Positions 26,701-41,093 of a stretch of 64,000 bases of DNA are shown here, one piece after another. The notes beneath the pieces are model-generated. The model saw only the letters and a program-made list of their open reading frames with translations. It was not told the origin of the DNA and did no database searches. Origin of the DNA: Octopus vulgaris (lineage: Eukaryota); the NCBI GenBank assembly GCA_951406725.2, contig OX597843.1, forward strand, positions 10,974,001 to 11,038,000. The letters are read 5' to 3'. The first letter of the stretch is position 1; each line of letters begins with the position of its first letter. The translations under genes and the position numbers were made by a program.

Positions 26701-26905
26701 CGTGTATGTTTGTGTTTGTTTCCCTAGCATTGCTTGACAACCGATGCTGGTGTGTTTATGTCCTCGTCACTTAGCGGTTCGGCAAAAAGAGGCCGATAGA
26801 ATAAGTACTGGGCTTAGAAAGAATAAGTCCCGGGGTCGAGTTGCTCGATTAAAGGCAGTGCTCCAGCATGGCCGCAGTCAAATGACTGAAACAAGTAAAA
26901 GAGTA
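26387..26905 (+). mobile_element. SINE family A with duplicated head
   Basis: Two heads followed by one tail. Confidence 0.85.
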
Positions 26906-27049
26906 AAAAAAAGAGAGAGATAGATAGATAGAGAGATAGATAGATATTCCTTTATTCCCTTATATGTTTCAACCTTGAGGCTGTGGCCATGCTGGAACAC
27001 TGCCATTGTAATCCCCTTTTAATAGGCCAATTTTATGGGTTTGGCCTTT

Positions 27050-27278
27050 GGTGAAGGAGAGAGTTCAATATCACTGCCCTCTTTTGAGTTTCCTGCCTTG
27101 ATATTGGTTCATCTGGGATCTTCGATAGTAAGAGTTTCCTTGAAAACATCCACACCCATCCATGGAGGTCCCTCAGATGTTTTGGCAAGGAGTTAAATAG
27201 TTGCGGGCCAAGGTATTGCAGTACATGGTCCTTGCCCTACATGAGACAGGTAGAACTTTTGGAACAATGCAGTAATGT

Positions 27279-27280
<2 letters not shown>
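27050..27280 (-). pseudogene. CR1/L2-like LINE C-terminal fragment
   Basis: GHYCIVPKV...RTMYCN / GPQLFNSLPKHLRDLHG / VDVFK / LLSKIPDEP read across frameshifts. Confidence 0.7.
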
Positions 27281-27317
<37 letters not shown>

Positions 27318-27345
27318 AACACACACACACACACACATATATATA

Positions 27346-27715
27346 TCTCTCTATATATAAACGGCAGTTTGTCTGTGTGTGTTTCTGTGTGTCTGTTAGC
27401 TTGTACCCTCACCCTGACCACGGCTTTCAACCGATTCTGATGAAACTTGACACACACATAGCCCAATGTCATAATTCAAAACTAACGCAGCGAAAATTTT
27501 GAAAAGTTCCCCCAGTTCTGAAAAGAATCGATAAATTCGACATGGGGTCGAGAATCAGAAACACAAACCACAGACTGTCTAGGGGACGCAACTCGACCTT
27601 TTTAACTAAAAAAAAATTTACCATAATTTTTTTCCATTTTTTGGCTATAACTCTCTAAAAATGCTTTATAGTTATTTCCCTTACAAACCCGAGCAACGCC
27701 GGGCGATACTGCTAG
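27346..27715 (+). mobile_element. Non-autonomous Helitron
   Basis: A|TC start, subterminal hairpin cccg-agcaacgc-cggg (27688-27703), CTAG|T end, no TSD. Confidence 0.8.
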
Positions 27716-27738
27716 TATGTATATATATATATATATAT

Positions 27739-28135
27739 ACTCTTTTACTCTTTCATTTGTTTCAGTCATTTGACTGCGGCCATGCTGGTGCACCGCCTTT
27801 AGTCGAGCAAATCGACCCAGGGACTTATTCTTTGTAAGCCTAGTACTTATTCTATCGGTCTCTTTTGCTGAACCGCTAAGTGACGGTTGTCAAGCAATGC
27901 TAGGGGGACAAACACAGACACACAAACATATACACACACATACATATGTATATATATATATACATATATACGACGGGCTTCTTTCAGTTTCCGTCTACCA
28001 AATCCACTCACAAGGCATTTGGTCGGCCCGGGGCTATAGCAGAAGACACTTGCCCAAGATGCCACGCAGTGGGACTGAACCCGGAACCATGTGGTTGGCA
28101 AGCAGGCTACTTACCACACAGCCACTCCTGCGCCT
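27739..28135 (-). mobile_element. SINE family A
   Basis: Reverse copy. Confidence 0.85.
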
Positions 28136-28750
28136 ATATATATTGATAATTAATATAAACAGCTAGGTGCAATATAATACCATAATCAGTGACGATAAAA
28201 TTTTTCCTATGTGGTTTTATATTGTGCTTCACTGTACAATTGACAAAGATCTCCTAGATCAGGACTGATCTGGGCTAAACAACAAAAATGAGAGACAAAG
28301 GTAATGTAGTCCTAGGTAGACTATGACAGAATATTGTAGTGCTTTTGATCATAGGTCTTTATGGATCGGGACTGACCTGGGGTTAAACAACAACAAGAAA
28401 GAGGGACTCTTTAGATAATATCTGAATATCTAAATAAAAGACAGGATGGTCACAGCTGGAACGCCTTTGATTATGGATAAGTTTTATCAGTCATACTTGG
28501 TCTGGAGATAGACAACAACCACAAAAACAAGAATGTTTTCTTTCGTCTTTTTACTTGTTTCAGTCATTGGACTGTGGCCATGCTACGACACCGCCTTCAA
28601 GGGTCAAACATATCAACCCCAGTTCTGTAGGTCATTTTTGCTGAACTGCTAAGTTATAGAGACACAAACATGATGGCTGAGGGAAGACACAAAGACATAC
28701 ATAGCTACATACATAAACACATATACACACACACACACACACATGCATGC

Positions 28751-28808
<58 letters not shown>

Positions 28809-28879
28809 GGCGGTACATCAGCATGGCCGCAGCTCTGAGCTGAAACAAGAAAACCGAAAATAGTTTTTTTTTTTACGTG

Positions 28880-29071
28880 CTGCCGGTGGCACGTAAAAAG
28901 CACCCACTACACTCACGGAGTGGTTGGCGTTAGGAAGGGCATCCAGCTGTAGAAACACTGCCAGATCAGACTGGAGCCTGGTGCAGCCTTCTGGCTTCCC
29001 AGACCCCGGTCGAACCGTCCAACCCATGCTAGCACAGAAAACGGACGTTAAACGATGATGATGATGATGAT
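28880..29071 (+). mobile_element. Family D tail
   Basis: cacccactacactcacggagtggttggcgttaggaagggcatccagc...acgttaaacgatgatg; further copies at 34325-34573, 37312-37478 and 51360-51716 (plus) and 46870-47020, 55277-55557 and 56295-56435 (minus). Confidence 0.8.
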
Positions 29072-29074
29072 ATG

Positions 29075-29112
<38 letters not shown>

Positions 29113-29157
29113 CACCCACACACATAAATATACATACACACACACATATATACATAA

Positions 29158-29188
<31 letters not shown>

Positions 29189-29849
29189 GACATGGCAGGC
29201 TTCAACACAATTTCCATCATATAAGGCATTGATAGGCCCATGGCTATAGTAGAAGACACTTGTTCAAGGTGCCACACAGTGGGACTGAACCTAAAACCAG
29301 GTGAATGTTGAGTGAGCTTCTTAAGTACTCAATCACTCCTATGCCCGTACAAAGAATATTTCAGCCGATACAATGTTTCTTTAATGAAAGTCAACAACAA
29401 TTGAACCGACAATATCATCGAGGATTAAAAACACATTTTGAAGCCAAAAGGCCAGTTGGTGTGAATATATGAATTTCTTATTTGCGAGAAAGAAAATATT
29501 TGTAGATATGTGTCTCAGAATTTGTAGCTAATATATGATAATTATGTTTATCCAACCATGCCATGTGCATGTATGTGTGTGACAGAGAATAAATATATGT
29601 GCCAAGCTGTATATTATCTTTCTACCTATGAATTTGTCTATCTGTGGGTCTCAGTTGCCTCTCTATCTATCTATGTGTGTTTGTCTGTCTATCTATCTAT
29701 CTATCATTCCCCCTTTTTTTTTGCTTTCTTTTTTCTTTCCCTTTACGATCCCTTTTGATTGAAAACCAAACCCCTTTTTTTATACCCAAAAACAAAAGCT
29801 CTACCTTATAATTTGCCCCGTCTGTGTGTAACTCTGTGTGGCTAATAAA

Positions 29850-30200
29850 GAAACATATCTATCTATCTATCTATCTATCTATATCTATCTATCTATCTAT
29901 CTATCTGCCTATGTCAGTTTGTCTATCTCTCTGTCTATCTATCTATCAATCTATCTATCCGTCTGTCTGTCTGTTTGTCTATCTATCTATCTATCTATCC
30001 ATCTATCTATCTATCTGTCTGTCTGTCTATCTGTCTACCTACCTATCCGTCTGTCTGCCTGTCTGTCTGTCTATCTATCTGTCTGTCTGTCTGTCTATCT
30101 ATCCATCCATCCATCCATCCATCCATGCATCCATCCATCCATCCATCCATGCATGCATGCATCCATCCATCCATGCTTCCACGCGTCAATCTATCTACCG
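29850..30200. repeat. (TATC)/(TGTC)/(CATC) microsatellite
   Basis: Direct read; similar tracts at 35785-36295 and 61825-62260. Confidence 0.95.
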
Positions 30201-30310
30201 ATACACCTATCTATTCACACGACCTTCAAGCAATTCATATATATCTATGTATATGTGCACATGTACACATGTATGTATATATGTATACATACACACACAA
30301 CACACATCTC

Positions 30311-30356
<46 letters not shown>

Positions 30357-31042
30357 CACACACAAACATAAGCACGCATGCACACACATCTACAGAAATA
30401 TCCATATTGATCCTCCACCCCCGCCTTGATACCTACCTACTTTATAAGAAGAATTTATTACACATTCCACTCCCCCACCAACACTAACACTTCCCTCCAC
30501 CTGGCCACTAAGCACAAAAAAAAACTCCAAATAAAAAGACAAAAAAAAAACAGAAAAAAAGAAAAAAACAAAGGAGATGGACTACTTCCAAGACAGATCA
30601 ATGTAGGTTACCTTCTTAAGTGTCCTAGCAGTTTCCATCTCAACCATTGACTTAACATGTATAGGTATACATAAGTGTGTGTGTGTATGTGTGTGTGTAT
30701 GTGTGTGTGTGTGTGTGTATAGACCCGTAACCCTTCTAAACACTCCACCCAGTACCTCTCCACTTATCTTCTTTATTCCAGTCTCATTCAACCCTTGTAA
30801 ATTCTTAACATAAATGTGCACACACACATACACACACATGATATGGATATATATATATATATATATATATATAGATATATATATATATATATATATATTT
30901 TTATATATATATAAATATATATATCTAAATATATATATCTTTATATATATCTAAATATATATATCTTTATATATATCTAAATATATATATCTTTATATAT
31001 ATATAAATATATATATCTTTATATATATATAAATATATATAT

Positions 31043-31163
<121 letters not shown>

Positions 31164-31168
31164 GTATG

Positions 31169-31264
<96 letters not shown>

Positions 31265-31524
31265 GCAGGTATGTATATATGTATGTGTGTGTGTGTGTTT
31301 ATATCTATACCCATAATGATACAAATAACAAGCATGCACGTGTAAACAATTATGAGCATACATATAAATTATAAAACATATGAATACGTACTTATACAAC
31401 TGCACCACACACACACACACACACATACGCACATACATATACATATAATTTTTCAAACAAAGGAAAAGGGCACTAAATACTCTTTTGTAGGAGTAACATG
31501 TATTATTTAAAACTGTCTCTCTTA

Positions 31525-31736
31525 TACTCTTTTACTTGTTTCAGTCATTTGACTGCGGCCATGCTGGAGCATCGCCTTTAATCGAGCAACTTGACCCCGG
31601 GACTTATTCTTTGTAAGCCCAGTACTTAACCTATCGGTCTCTTTTGCCGAACCGCTAAGTAACGGGGACATAAACACACCAGCATCGGTTGTCAAGCAAT
31701 GCTAGGGGGACAAACACAGACACACAAACACACACA

Positions 31737-31801
<65 letters not shown>

Positions 31802-31976
31802 GTATACATATATACAACGGGCTTCTTTCAGTTTCCGTCTACCAAATCCACTCACAAGGCTTTGGTCGGCCCGAGGCTATAGTAGAAGACACTTGCCCAA
31901 GATGCCACGCAGTGGGACTGAACCCGGAACCATGTGGTTGGTAAACAAGCTACTTGCCACACAGCCACTCCTGTGG

Positions 31977-32025
<49 letters not shown>

Positions 32026-32195
32026 TATGACAGGTTTCTTCTTTCAGTTTCCGTCTACTAAAAACCACTCACAAGGCTTTGGTCGGCCCGAGGCTATAGT
32101 AGAAGACACTTGCCCAAGGTGCCACGCAGTGGGACTGAACCCGGAACCATGTGGTTGGTAAACAAGCTACTTACCACACAGCCACTCCTGCGCCT
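31525..32195 (-). mobile_element. SINE family A with duplicated head
   Basis: Reverse tail plus two heads. Confidence 0.85.
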
Positions 32196-32249
32196 ATGTC
32201 TGATTTGGTTTCTATGTGACTTCAAGTTTCGTAGGCTCCTAATCATTGA

Positions 32250-32425
32250 TTCACCTTCTGGATCATAACACATTCTTCCTTAAACCCCTCTTGAGTCTCA
32301 CATGCATTATCCTGGCCTCTTCAGACGATTTCACTCCACTCCACACTTTTGTTCGCCATCCAGCTCAATCCAAAGCAAAGGTTTCTATGTCCTCTGGATT
32401 CATTCATAGCAGTCCTTATGCCGTC
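32250..32425 (-). pseudogene. RTE-like LINE C-terminal remnant
   Basis: NPEDIETFALD*AGWRTKVWSGVKSSEEARIMHVRLKRGLRK resembles the RTE 'E..A.DR..WR..V..G' motif. Confidence 0.5.
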
Positions 32426-32426
32426 C

Positions 32427-32902
32427 TTAACCCTTTCGTTACCAACCCGGCCAAAACTGGCTCTGGCTCAGTGGTACAAATGTCTTGTTTTCATAAGCTT
32501 TGCATCAAAATATACCACCAAACCTTAGTCACAATTTATGTTCCTAACACTAGCGTAATGATAACTAGGTTATTTTACTAAATTCTTTGTTATATTTAAA
32601 ATCAATTGAAAGAAACACAGAACATCTCAACAGAAATATGGTAACAAAAGGGTTAAAGTCACCATGATATTTTTAACCCTTTTATTACCAACCTGGCTGA
32701 AACCGCATCTGGCTCAGTGGTACAAATGTCTTGTTTTCATAAGTTCTGAATTAAAATCTTCCACCAAACCTTAGTCACAATTTATGTTCCTAACACTAGC
32801 TTTATGATATCTAAGTTATTTTACTAAATTCTTTCTTATATTTAAAATTAATTGAAAGAAACACAGAGCATCTCAACAGAAATAGGGTAACGAAAGGGTT
32901 GA
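32427..32902. mobile_element. piggyBac-like MITE dimer
   Basis: TTAA-CCCTTT(C/T)(G/A)TTACC ... GGTAAC(G/A)AAAGGG-TT(A/G)A termini; two units of about 230 bp with a spacer of about 17 bp. Confidence 0.8.
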
Positions 32903-33525
32903 ATAATAAGCCATGATATGTGACCCATGATATGGTGAAGGGTTACTGTACTAAATCTGCAATAATCTAGGTCAGGTGTAACTGCATCTCCTAAAAATCT
33001 TCTCGAAAGAAACACAGAGCGTCTTAAAATATATACAGTAATTCCCAGCGGCATGTGGTGTCCTTGAGCAAGACACTTTATTTCACATTGCGCCAGTCCA
33101 ATCAGCTGGCAAAAATATGTAGTACCTGTGTTTCAAAAAGGGCCAGCCTTGTCACACTCTGTATCATGCTGAATCTCTCCGAAAACTACATTAAAGATGC
33201 ATGTGTCTGTGGAGTGCTCAGCCACTTGCATGTTAATCTCACAGGCAAGCTGTTCCATTGATTTTATCAAGTGGAATCCTCTTCGTCATAACCAACGGAG
33301 TGCCAGTCTCTCTCTCTCTATATATATACATGCACGTACACAGAAGTGGATGTGTGTCATATAACTTAATCTATGTCCTTTATACACCTACCTTATATAG
33401 TTAGATGAGGATTTACAATGTCCAAACCACTTATACACACCCATACACACACATATATGTCAGCATGTTTTATAGTTCTCAGCACACTTCCATACATGTA
33501 CACTCCAAGATGCGTATGTATCTCG

Positions 33526-33584
<59 letters not shown>

Positions 33585-34109
33585 AATTAAATTAGAGATA
33601 AAACCACTAATAGGTGAACCAAACAATGACAGACATAAACCAAAACATAAAAATAAATATAATTAATATAATAAACAAAATATAAAATTTACATTATTCA
33701 AAAAATTTTAATTTATATTTTTAAATCAATTTTTATATTTTTTAAATATTTAAAAAAATTTTAAATATATATATTTTTAAACTTTTAATCTTTTAATTTA
33801 TTATTATTATTTTTTTTTATAACTATCAAAAAGTATTAAAACGTTTAATATAATATAATAAGTATATAATATATATTGTATATGAATTAGAGAAGAACCA
33901 CCATGTAGCAATTCAATAAATGATATACTTAAATTATAGAATATAGAAAAAAATTAAAGGTATGATAAACGATTTACCTAGAACTAAATAAAGTACGAAA
34001 AAATAAATAAATAGTATATAATTAGTAAATAGACTACACATGTTTCGTAGCTGTATTTTCAAACTGATAACAGTAAAATCAATTCAGTTTAAATATAGCC
34101 ACATATAAG

Positions 34110-34322
34110 GGCATGGCTGATCTTGATTACTGGGACCACCTAAAAGCATTGAAACTCTAATCTCCCCAGTGTTGCCGTGAGCGATACATCATTTGCAAAA
34201 GGTGAAGAATATACCACCAGCATTGCCCAAACAACCTCAACATTAGCTTCAAAATTCATCCAAGGTGAGGACCATGGGCCATACATTCCCTACCCAATTC
34301 AGGATCACAACACATAAATACA
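34110..34322 (+). pseudogene. CR1-like LINE ORF2 remnant with stops
   Basis: GMADLDYWDHLKALKL*SPQCCRERYIIC matches the 'L.Y.ERL..L.L.SL..RRER' motif. Confidence 0.7.
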
Positions 34323-34569
34323 CCGATGCCGGTGGCAAGTTAAAAGCACCAAGCGATCGTGACTGCTGCCAGGCTCCCCTGGCACGTAAAAATCACCCAC
34401 TACACTCACGGAGTGGTTGGTGTTAGGAAGGGCATCCAGCTGCAGAAACACTGCCAGATCAGACTGGAGCCTGGTGCAGCCTCCTGGCTTCCCAGACCCC
34501 AGTTGAACCGTCCAACCCATGTCAGCATGGAAAACAGATGTTAAACGATGATGATGATGATGATGATGA

Positions 34570-34611
<42 letters not shown>

Positions 34612-34909
34612 ATATATAAAACTGAGAATGTGTGTCTACCCAACCGATTTCATTCAACTGATTTCATTTAAATTTTACACATGCATTACTTAGGGTCTAT
34701 GGAGTATCATGGGCCCAAAAAATTTTCAACTTCTTGCCTAATGTGAGCCCAGAGCAATCTCTTAGACTGTTTCGGTATTACAGGCCAAAAGTGAAACAAT
34801 AACATCTCTATTGCAATGTGATAAAATAGTTTCACTTTTAAGGCTAAAACAATGCGAAGCGCATTGTGACCAGCGATGTGTAGCAACATCTGATAGCCTG
34901 GTCGGTCAT

Positions 34910-34962
<53 letters not shown>

Positions 34963-35033
34963 ATATATATGTAAATATATATGTATGCATATATATGTAT
35001 GTATATATATATGTGTATATATATGTAAATATA

Positions 35034-35090
<57 letters not shown>

Positions 35091-35094
35091 AAAA

Positions 35095-35480
35095 ATTTAA
35101 CAACAAATATCTTACAAACTACAGAATTTTCTCAAGAACGCCAAGAGAAATAGATGTTTTATGTAACACATTCTACCAGTATATGAAGTTTAAAAGTGTT
35201 TAGTTACAAAAAAATTATTTTAAAAATCTGCATGTCAAAGTGAAAAGATCCGCGTATTCTTTACCTCCGCCATTTGGTTTATAGTTAGGGTCAGGGTTTA
35301 GGGTTTAGGGTTAGGGTTAGGTTTAGAGGTTAGAATTAGGGTTAGGGTTTAGGGTTAAGATTAGGGCTTTTGTTACGCCGAAAATGGGTGGTGTACATAT
35401 TGTTTACCTCGCTCCCCGCTAAACCCTAACGCTAACCCTAAACACCAGGTGTACATATTCTTTACTTTCGCCGGGCATGG
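35095..35480. mobile_element. Right end of the GGATC-MITE followed by a telomere-like (TTAGGG)n-containing fragment
   Basis: TIR ...gaaaagatcc ends at 35251; degenerate ttaggg run at 35285-35366; ccctaa at 35424-35441. Confidence 0.65.
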
Positions 35481-36147
35481 AAAAACTGAAAGACCACTGC
35501 TGTAAGTGTGTGAATCTGAGAGGGGAATATGTTGAATAAAATCATAATTAACCTATCCTCCTTCTGTATTACCCAAAACCAGGAACTTTTCAACAACGCC
35601 TCGTAGATATTGTGTTGTTACTTAACCGTAAGTCAATGCTGATCAAACAAATCTAAGATCAAAGTCGTTCCTCATTATAATTTTTCTTCTCTCATCATTT
35701 CTCCATACGGACCATATTCTGAGCGGCAATGGTTTGAGAATTACCATATGGATTTATAGAATTCTTTCAGTTTGTGTGATGGTTTTCTATCAATCTGTCT
35801 GTCTATCTTATCTATTCATCCATCTATCTTTCTATCGTGATATTGTACCAATATATCCATCCATCCATCCATCTATCTATCTATCTGTCTACCTACTTAT
35901 CTATCTATCTATCTACCTATCCGTCTATCTATCTATCTATCTACCTACCCACCTATTTATCTATCTATCTATCTGTCTGTCTGTCTGTCTGTTTGTCTAT
36001 CTATCTATTTACCTATCTATCTATCTACCTATCCGTCTATCTATCTATCTATCTATCTACCTATCTACCTACCCACCTACTTATATATCTATCTATTTAT
36101 CTATCTGTCTACCTATTTATCTATCTATTTATCTATCTATCTGTCTA

Positions 36148-36198
<51 letters not shown>

Positions 36199-36571
36199 CC
36201 ATCTATCTATCTATCCAATTATCTATCTATCTATCTATCTATTCATCCATCTATCAATCTGTCTGTCTGTCTGTCTATGCTTCTATCTATCCATCCGTTT
36301 TAACAACGTCACTGTGGCTTCAGCACACCACTACTGCGACCATCACCTTCCACACCGTCAGAAACCACGTCACCACCACCACCACAACCACCACCACCAC
36401 CACCACCTCCTCCTCCTCCTCCTCCTCCTCCACAATCAACAGCAATTGTAACATGAAAGTAGAGAAAGCGGAAGCGAAACTGTTCTGAATATTTGGGTTC
36501 TACTGTGTTTTGACATACTTCCGAGTGACCCTGACCGGGTATAGCCATATGCATACACACAGGCATATATA

Positions 36572-36635
<64 letters not shown>

Positions 36636-36698
36636 CATACGCGAGCGCATACATGAATACATAGATACAAACATACAGAGGTATGTGCGTGTGTGTAG

Positions 36699-36699
<1 letters not shown>

Positions 36700-36778
<79 letters not shown>

Positions 36779-36813
36779 TGTGTGGTGTGTGTGTGTGTGG
36801 TGTGTGTGTGTGT

Positions 36814-36878
<65 letters not shown>

Positions 36879-36901
36879 TGTGCGTGTGTGTGTGTGGTGT
36901 G

Positions 36902-36932
<31 letters not shown>

Positions 36933-37041
36933 TGTGTGGTGTGTGTGTGGTGTGTCTGTGTGTGTGTGTGTGTGTGTGCGTGCGTGTGGTGTGTGTGCGT
37001 GTGTGTATGTGCATGTGTGTGTGTGGTGCGTGTGTGGTGTG

Positions 37042-37072
<31 letters not shown>

Positions 37073-37078
37073 TGTGTA
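36700..37078. repeat. (GT)n microsatellite
   Basis: Direct read; (CA)n counterpart at 52788-53425. Confidence 0.95.
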
Positions 37079-37185
37079 TACATATAAATATAAATATAGA
37101 TTTTGATGCTTTAAGTGGCAGCGCAACAGCATGGCCACAGCTCACAAGCCAAAACTAGTAAAGAATATCTATCTATCTATCAATC

Positions 37186-37722
37186 TACAAAATTAAGAGG
37201 AATGACCACTTAAGTGGACACCTAATATGCTAAACATAGACGTCAAATCAGCATTACCACAAAGTATGTGTTCTCAACAAAAAATCTCAGCAAAACGCCA
37301 AAATGAAAATATACGTAAAAAGCACCATCCGATCGTGGCCGTTTGCCAGCCTCGTCTGGTCCCTGTGCCGGTGGCACGTAAAAAGCACCCACTACACTCA
37401 CGGAGTGGTTGGCGTTAGGAAGGGCATCGAGCCGTAGAAACACTGCCAGATCAGACAATGATGATGATGATGATGATTTCGCATATTTTCATTTGTCTTG
37501 CTTCTTTTTACACTTTGATTTTTTTTTGCTGAGATTTTTTCTTCAGAACATACTCTTCGTGGTAATGGCCATTTGACATCTATTTTTAGCATATCTGGTG
37601 TCCACTTTAGTGCTCATTTCTCTTAATTTTGTATGTAACACAATTTTTAATCTTCGGATTTTTTAACTATGCTAAGCCACTGGTTTTAATTGATTAATAT
37701 CAATTTCTACCCTTATTATTTA

Positions 37723-37725
<3 letters not shown>
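37186..37725. mobile_element. Diverged fold-back element (same family as 55581-55845) interrupted by a family D insert
   Basis: Arms at about 37187-37312 and 37480-37633 are imperfect inverted repeats; the shared tail ttttaatcttcggatt...atatcaatttctaccctta follows. Confidence 0.7.
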
Positions 37726-37761
<36 letters not shown>

Positions 37762-37814
37762 ATATATATATATATATGCATATATATAATTTATATATAT
37801 TCATATATATATAT

Positions 37815-38232
37815 AGGCGCAGGAGTGGCTGTGTGGTAAGTAGCTTGCTTACCAACCACATGGTTCTGGTTTCAGTCCCACTGCGTGGCACCTTGGGCAA
37901 GTGTCTTCTACTATAGCCTCGGGCCGACCAAAGCCTTGTGAGTGGATTTGGTAGACAGAAACTGAAAGAAGTCCGTCGTATATATGTATATATATATATG
38001 TGTGTGTGCATGTGTGTTTGTGTGTCTGTGTTTGTCCCCCTAGCATTGCTTGACAACCGATGCTGGTGTGTTTATGTCCCCGTCACTTAGCGGTTTGGCG
38101 AAAGAGACTGATAGAATAAGTACTGGGCTTACAAAGAATAAGTCCCGGGGTCGAATTTGCTCGACTAAAGGCGGTGCTCCAGCATGGCCACAGTCAAATG
38201 ACTGAAACAAGTAAAAGAGTAAAGAGTAAAGA

Positions 38233-38298
<66 letters not shown>

Positions 38299-38485
38299 GC
38301 GGCCGGGCCCCCTCGCATAGCTGCAGGAGTGGCTGTGTGGTAAGTAGCTTGCTTACCAACCACATGGTTCTGGTTTCAGTCCCACTGTGTGGCACCTTGG
38401 GCAAGTGCCTTCTACTATAGCCTCGGGCTGACTAAAGCCTTGTGAGTGGAATTGGTAGACGGAAACTGAATAGAAGCCCGTCATA

Positions 38486-38554
<69 letters not shown>

Positions 38555-38690
38555 TTGTGTGTCTGTGTTTGTCCCCCTAGCATTGCTTGACAACCAATGC
38601 CGGTGTGCTTACATCCCGGTAACTTAGCATTTCGGCAAAAGAGACCGATAGAATAAGTACTGGGCTTACAAAGAATAAGTCCCGGGGTCT
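37815..38690 (+). mobile_element. Two SINE family A copies in tandem
   Basis: Heads at about 37815 and 38320. Confidence 0.85.
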
Positions 38691-38694
38691 TCCA

Positions 38695-38950
38695 CAGTAT
38701 GGACAAACTGCCAGCATCAGTTGTTAGTTGTCGGAGCACTGCATCCTTCAAAACTTCCATGCTTTCTGAGATTCGCCAACACTACACCTGATTTTCTCCC
38801 CTTCCATACACACAAGCAAGCATGTATCTGACTCATACACTGTTCACTTCTCAGGACATTTGTACATTACTGCATATGCTTTATACGCACTTTTTGACAA
38901 GATGTGGTGCACCTGAGCACTGTATACAATAATTTAATTATCATTATCAT
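38695..38950 (+). pseudogene. CR1-like LINE extreme 3' end plus UTR
   Basis: VW.KLPASVVSCRSTASFK matches the CR1 'WN.LP..VV...S...FK' motif; short att-type tail. Confidence 0.65.
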
Positions 38951-39052
38951 ACACACGATATACCAACTATGTATATACACACACACACACAAACATAATG
39001 TCTATATATACAATTATACAGAGGTATATACATATAAATATATACGCAATAG

Positions 39053-39105
<53 letters not shown>

Positions 39106-39284
39106 TTCACATTGCTCCTTTCCCCCTTGATCAGTGGGGAATGTCGGCTTGCTTTCCTAGCCAGCGGGGTGGCGTCCTTTGAAGGCTAAAACAAGGCAAA
39201 AAGCGCATTGTGACCAGCGATGTGTAACAACATCTGATAGCCTGCTCGGTCACATGATATATATACGTGTGTGTGTGTGTGTAT

Positions 39285-39650
39285 ACTTTTATTCTTTTAT
39301 TTGTTTCAGTCATTTCACTGCAGCCATGCTGGAGCACCGCCTTTAGTCGAATAAATCGAACCCAGGACTTAATCTTTGTAAGCCTTGTACTTATTCTATC
39401 AGTTTCTTTTGACGAACTGCTAGGTTATGGGGACGTAAGCACACCAACATTGGTTGTCAAGCGATGGTGACATATATATATTTTATATATATACGATGGG
39501 CTTCTTTCAGTTACTGTCTACCAAACCCACTCACAAGGCTTTGTGAGAGTATAGTAGAAGATACTTGCCCAAGGTGCCACGCAGCGGGACTGAACTTGGA
39601 ACTATGTGGTTGGGAAGCAAGCTTCTTACCACACAGCCACTCCTGCGCCT
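39285..39650 (-). mobile_element. SINE family A
   Basis: Reverse copy. Confidence 0.8.
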
Positions 39651-39702
39651 ATACACAAAGATTATACAGACATACATACATACATACACAATGCAGCATG
39701 TC

Positions 39703-39766
<64 letters not shown>

Positions 39767-39781
39767 CATATATATACATAC

Positions 39782-39817
<36 letters not shown>

Positions 39818-39831
39818 CATATATACATACA

Positions 39832-39895
<64 letters not shown>

Positions 39896-39954
39896 CATAT
39901 ATATATACATACATATACATATATATACATACATATATATATACATATATATAC

Positions 39955-40025
<71 letters not shown>

Positions 40026-40115
40026 ATTATACATAGATACATATAAATACATACGTTTCCAGTACAAGTGTACAATTAGCGCTCTATTAAATAACAGCTC
40101 ATACTTTATTTATAT

Positions 40116-40209
40116 TTAACCAGCATCCCTATCAAAGTAGTCCCTTAGGGCACTTATACAGCGATCCCAGTGCGTTTACCACGCCTCAAAAAGCACAACG
40201 AAGGTTGCC
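40116..40209 (-). pseudogene. mariner-family transposase C-terminal remnant
   Basis: FEAW*THWDRCISALRDYFDRDAG* matches the mariner 'F..W..RW.KCI...GDYFE' terminus. Confidence 0.7.
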
Positions 40210-41093
40210 CTTTCTGTAGGCCATCAACCATCCCGAGTCGGCGCCCGTTAGTTTCTGCTCTGATTTTGAGGAAGGTGGAGGAAAGAAGAAAATAGTGGGA
40301 GGGAAGAGATGGCGGATGGTCCCTATTCTATCTTCCCTCTTTTACTTGCTTCAGTCACTGGTCTAGGGCCAAGCTGGAGCACCACCTTGAAAAGTTTTGT
40401 CGAAGAAACTGACTCCAGAAACTTCTGTTTTTTTTTTAAAGCCTAACCGTTGAGTTACGGGGACATAAACACGCCAGCACCGGTTGGCAAGTGGTGGTGG
40501 TAAAGAACAAACACACACACGCAGACACACATATAAAGGTAAGACCCAAGGATCAAAGCATAGGAGGTTAGGTAGCTTCGAGCAACCCGTAGAAGGTATT
40601 TAAAAATAAAAAAAACTTTCAGGAACAATAGTGTTTTATTCACATAGGAAGGGAAAGACTTCCCCCCGTCACTAACCCCACACTACCCCCATTTTCTTGC
40701 AAATTTTTGTTTTTTTTTTAAATTTTTTTTTTTTTCCAAAACCCACGTTTTCGGATACGTAAATTCGGGAAAATTGCAAAAAATCGAAATTCTGAATTTT
40801 TTACTGCCCCTTATTCCTGCCATTAATTTCTTCATTTTTCACTTTTCCCGTAACCCTAACCCTAATCCTAAAACCCTAACCCTAACTCTGTAACTTGTAC
40901 TGGTTAGTAAAAAAAATATCCTCCCGTTTTGAGTTTTTATCACCAAACCGATAGATATACAACGGGGTTCCACACGCTTTCCGCCTACAAAATTCGCTGA
41001 AGGAATTTATCAGTCCTGGGGAACTGAACGCAAAACAACACGGCTAAAAATTGAGCGTCTTAACCGCTTACCTGTGTATATATAATATAGGTC

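Noticed and set aside
29364-29459. Plus-strand open segment PIQCFFNESQQQLNRQYHRGLKTHFEAKRPV
   Set aside because: Weak acceptor and donor, no homology recognised.
35285-35366. True telomere or chromosome fusion site
   Set aside because: Short degenerate tracts associated with MITEs (also 40851-40886).
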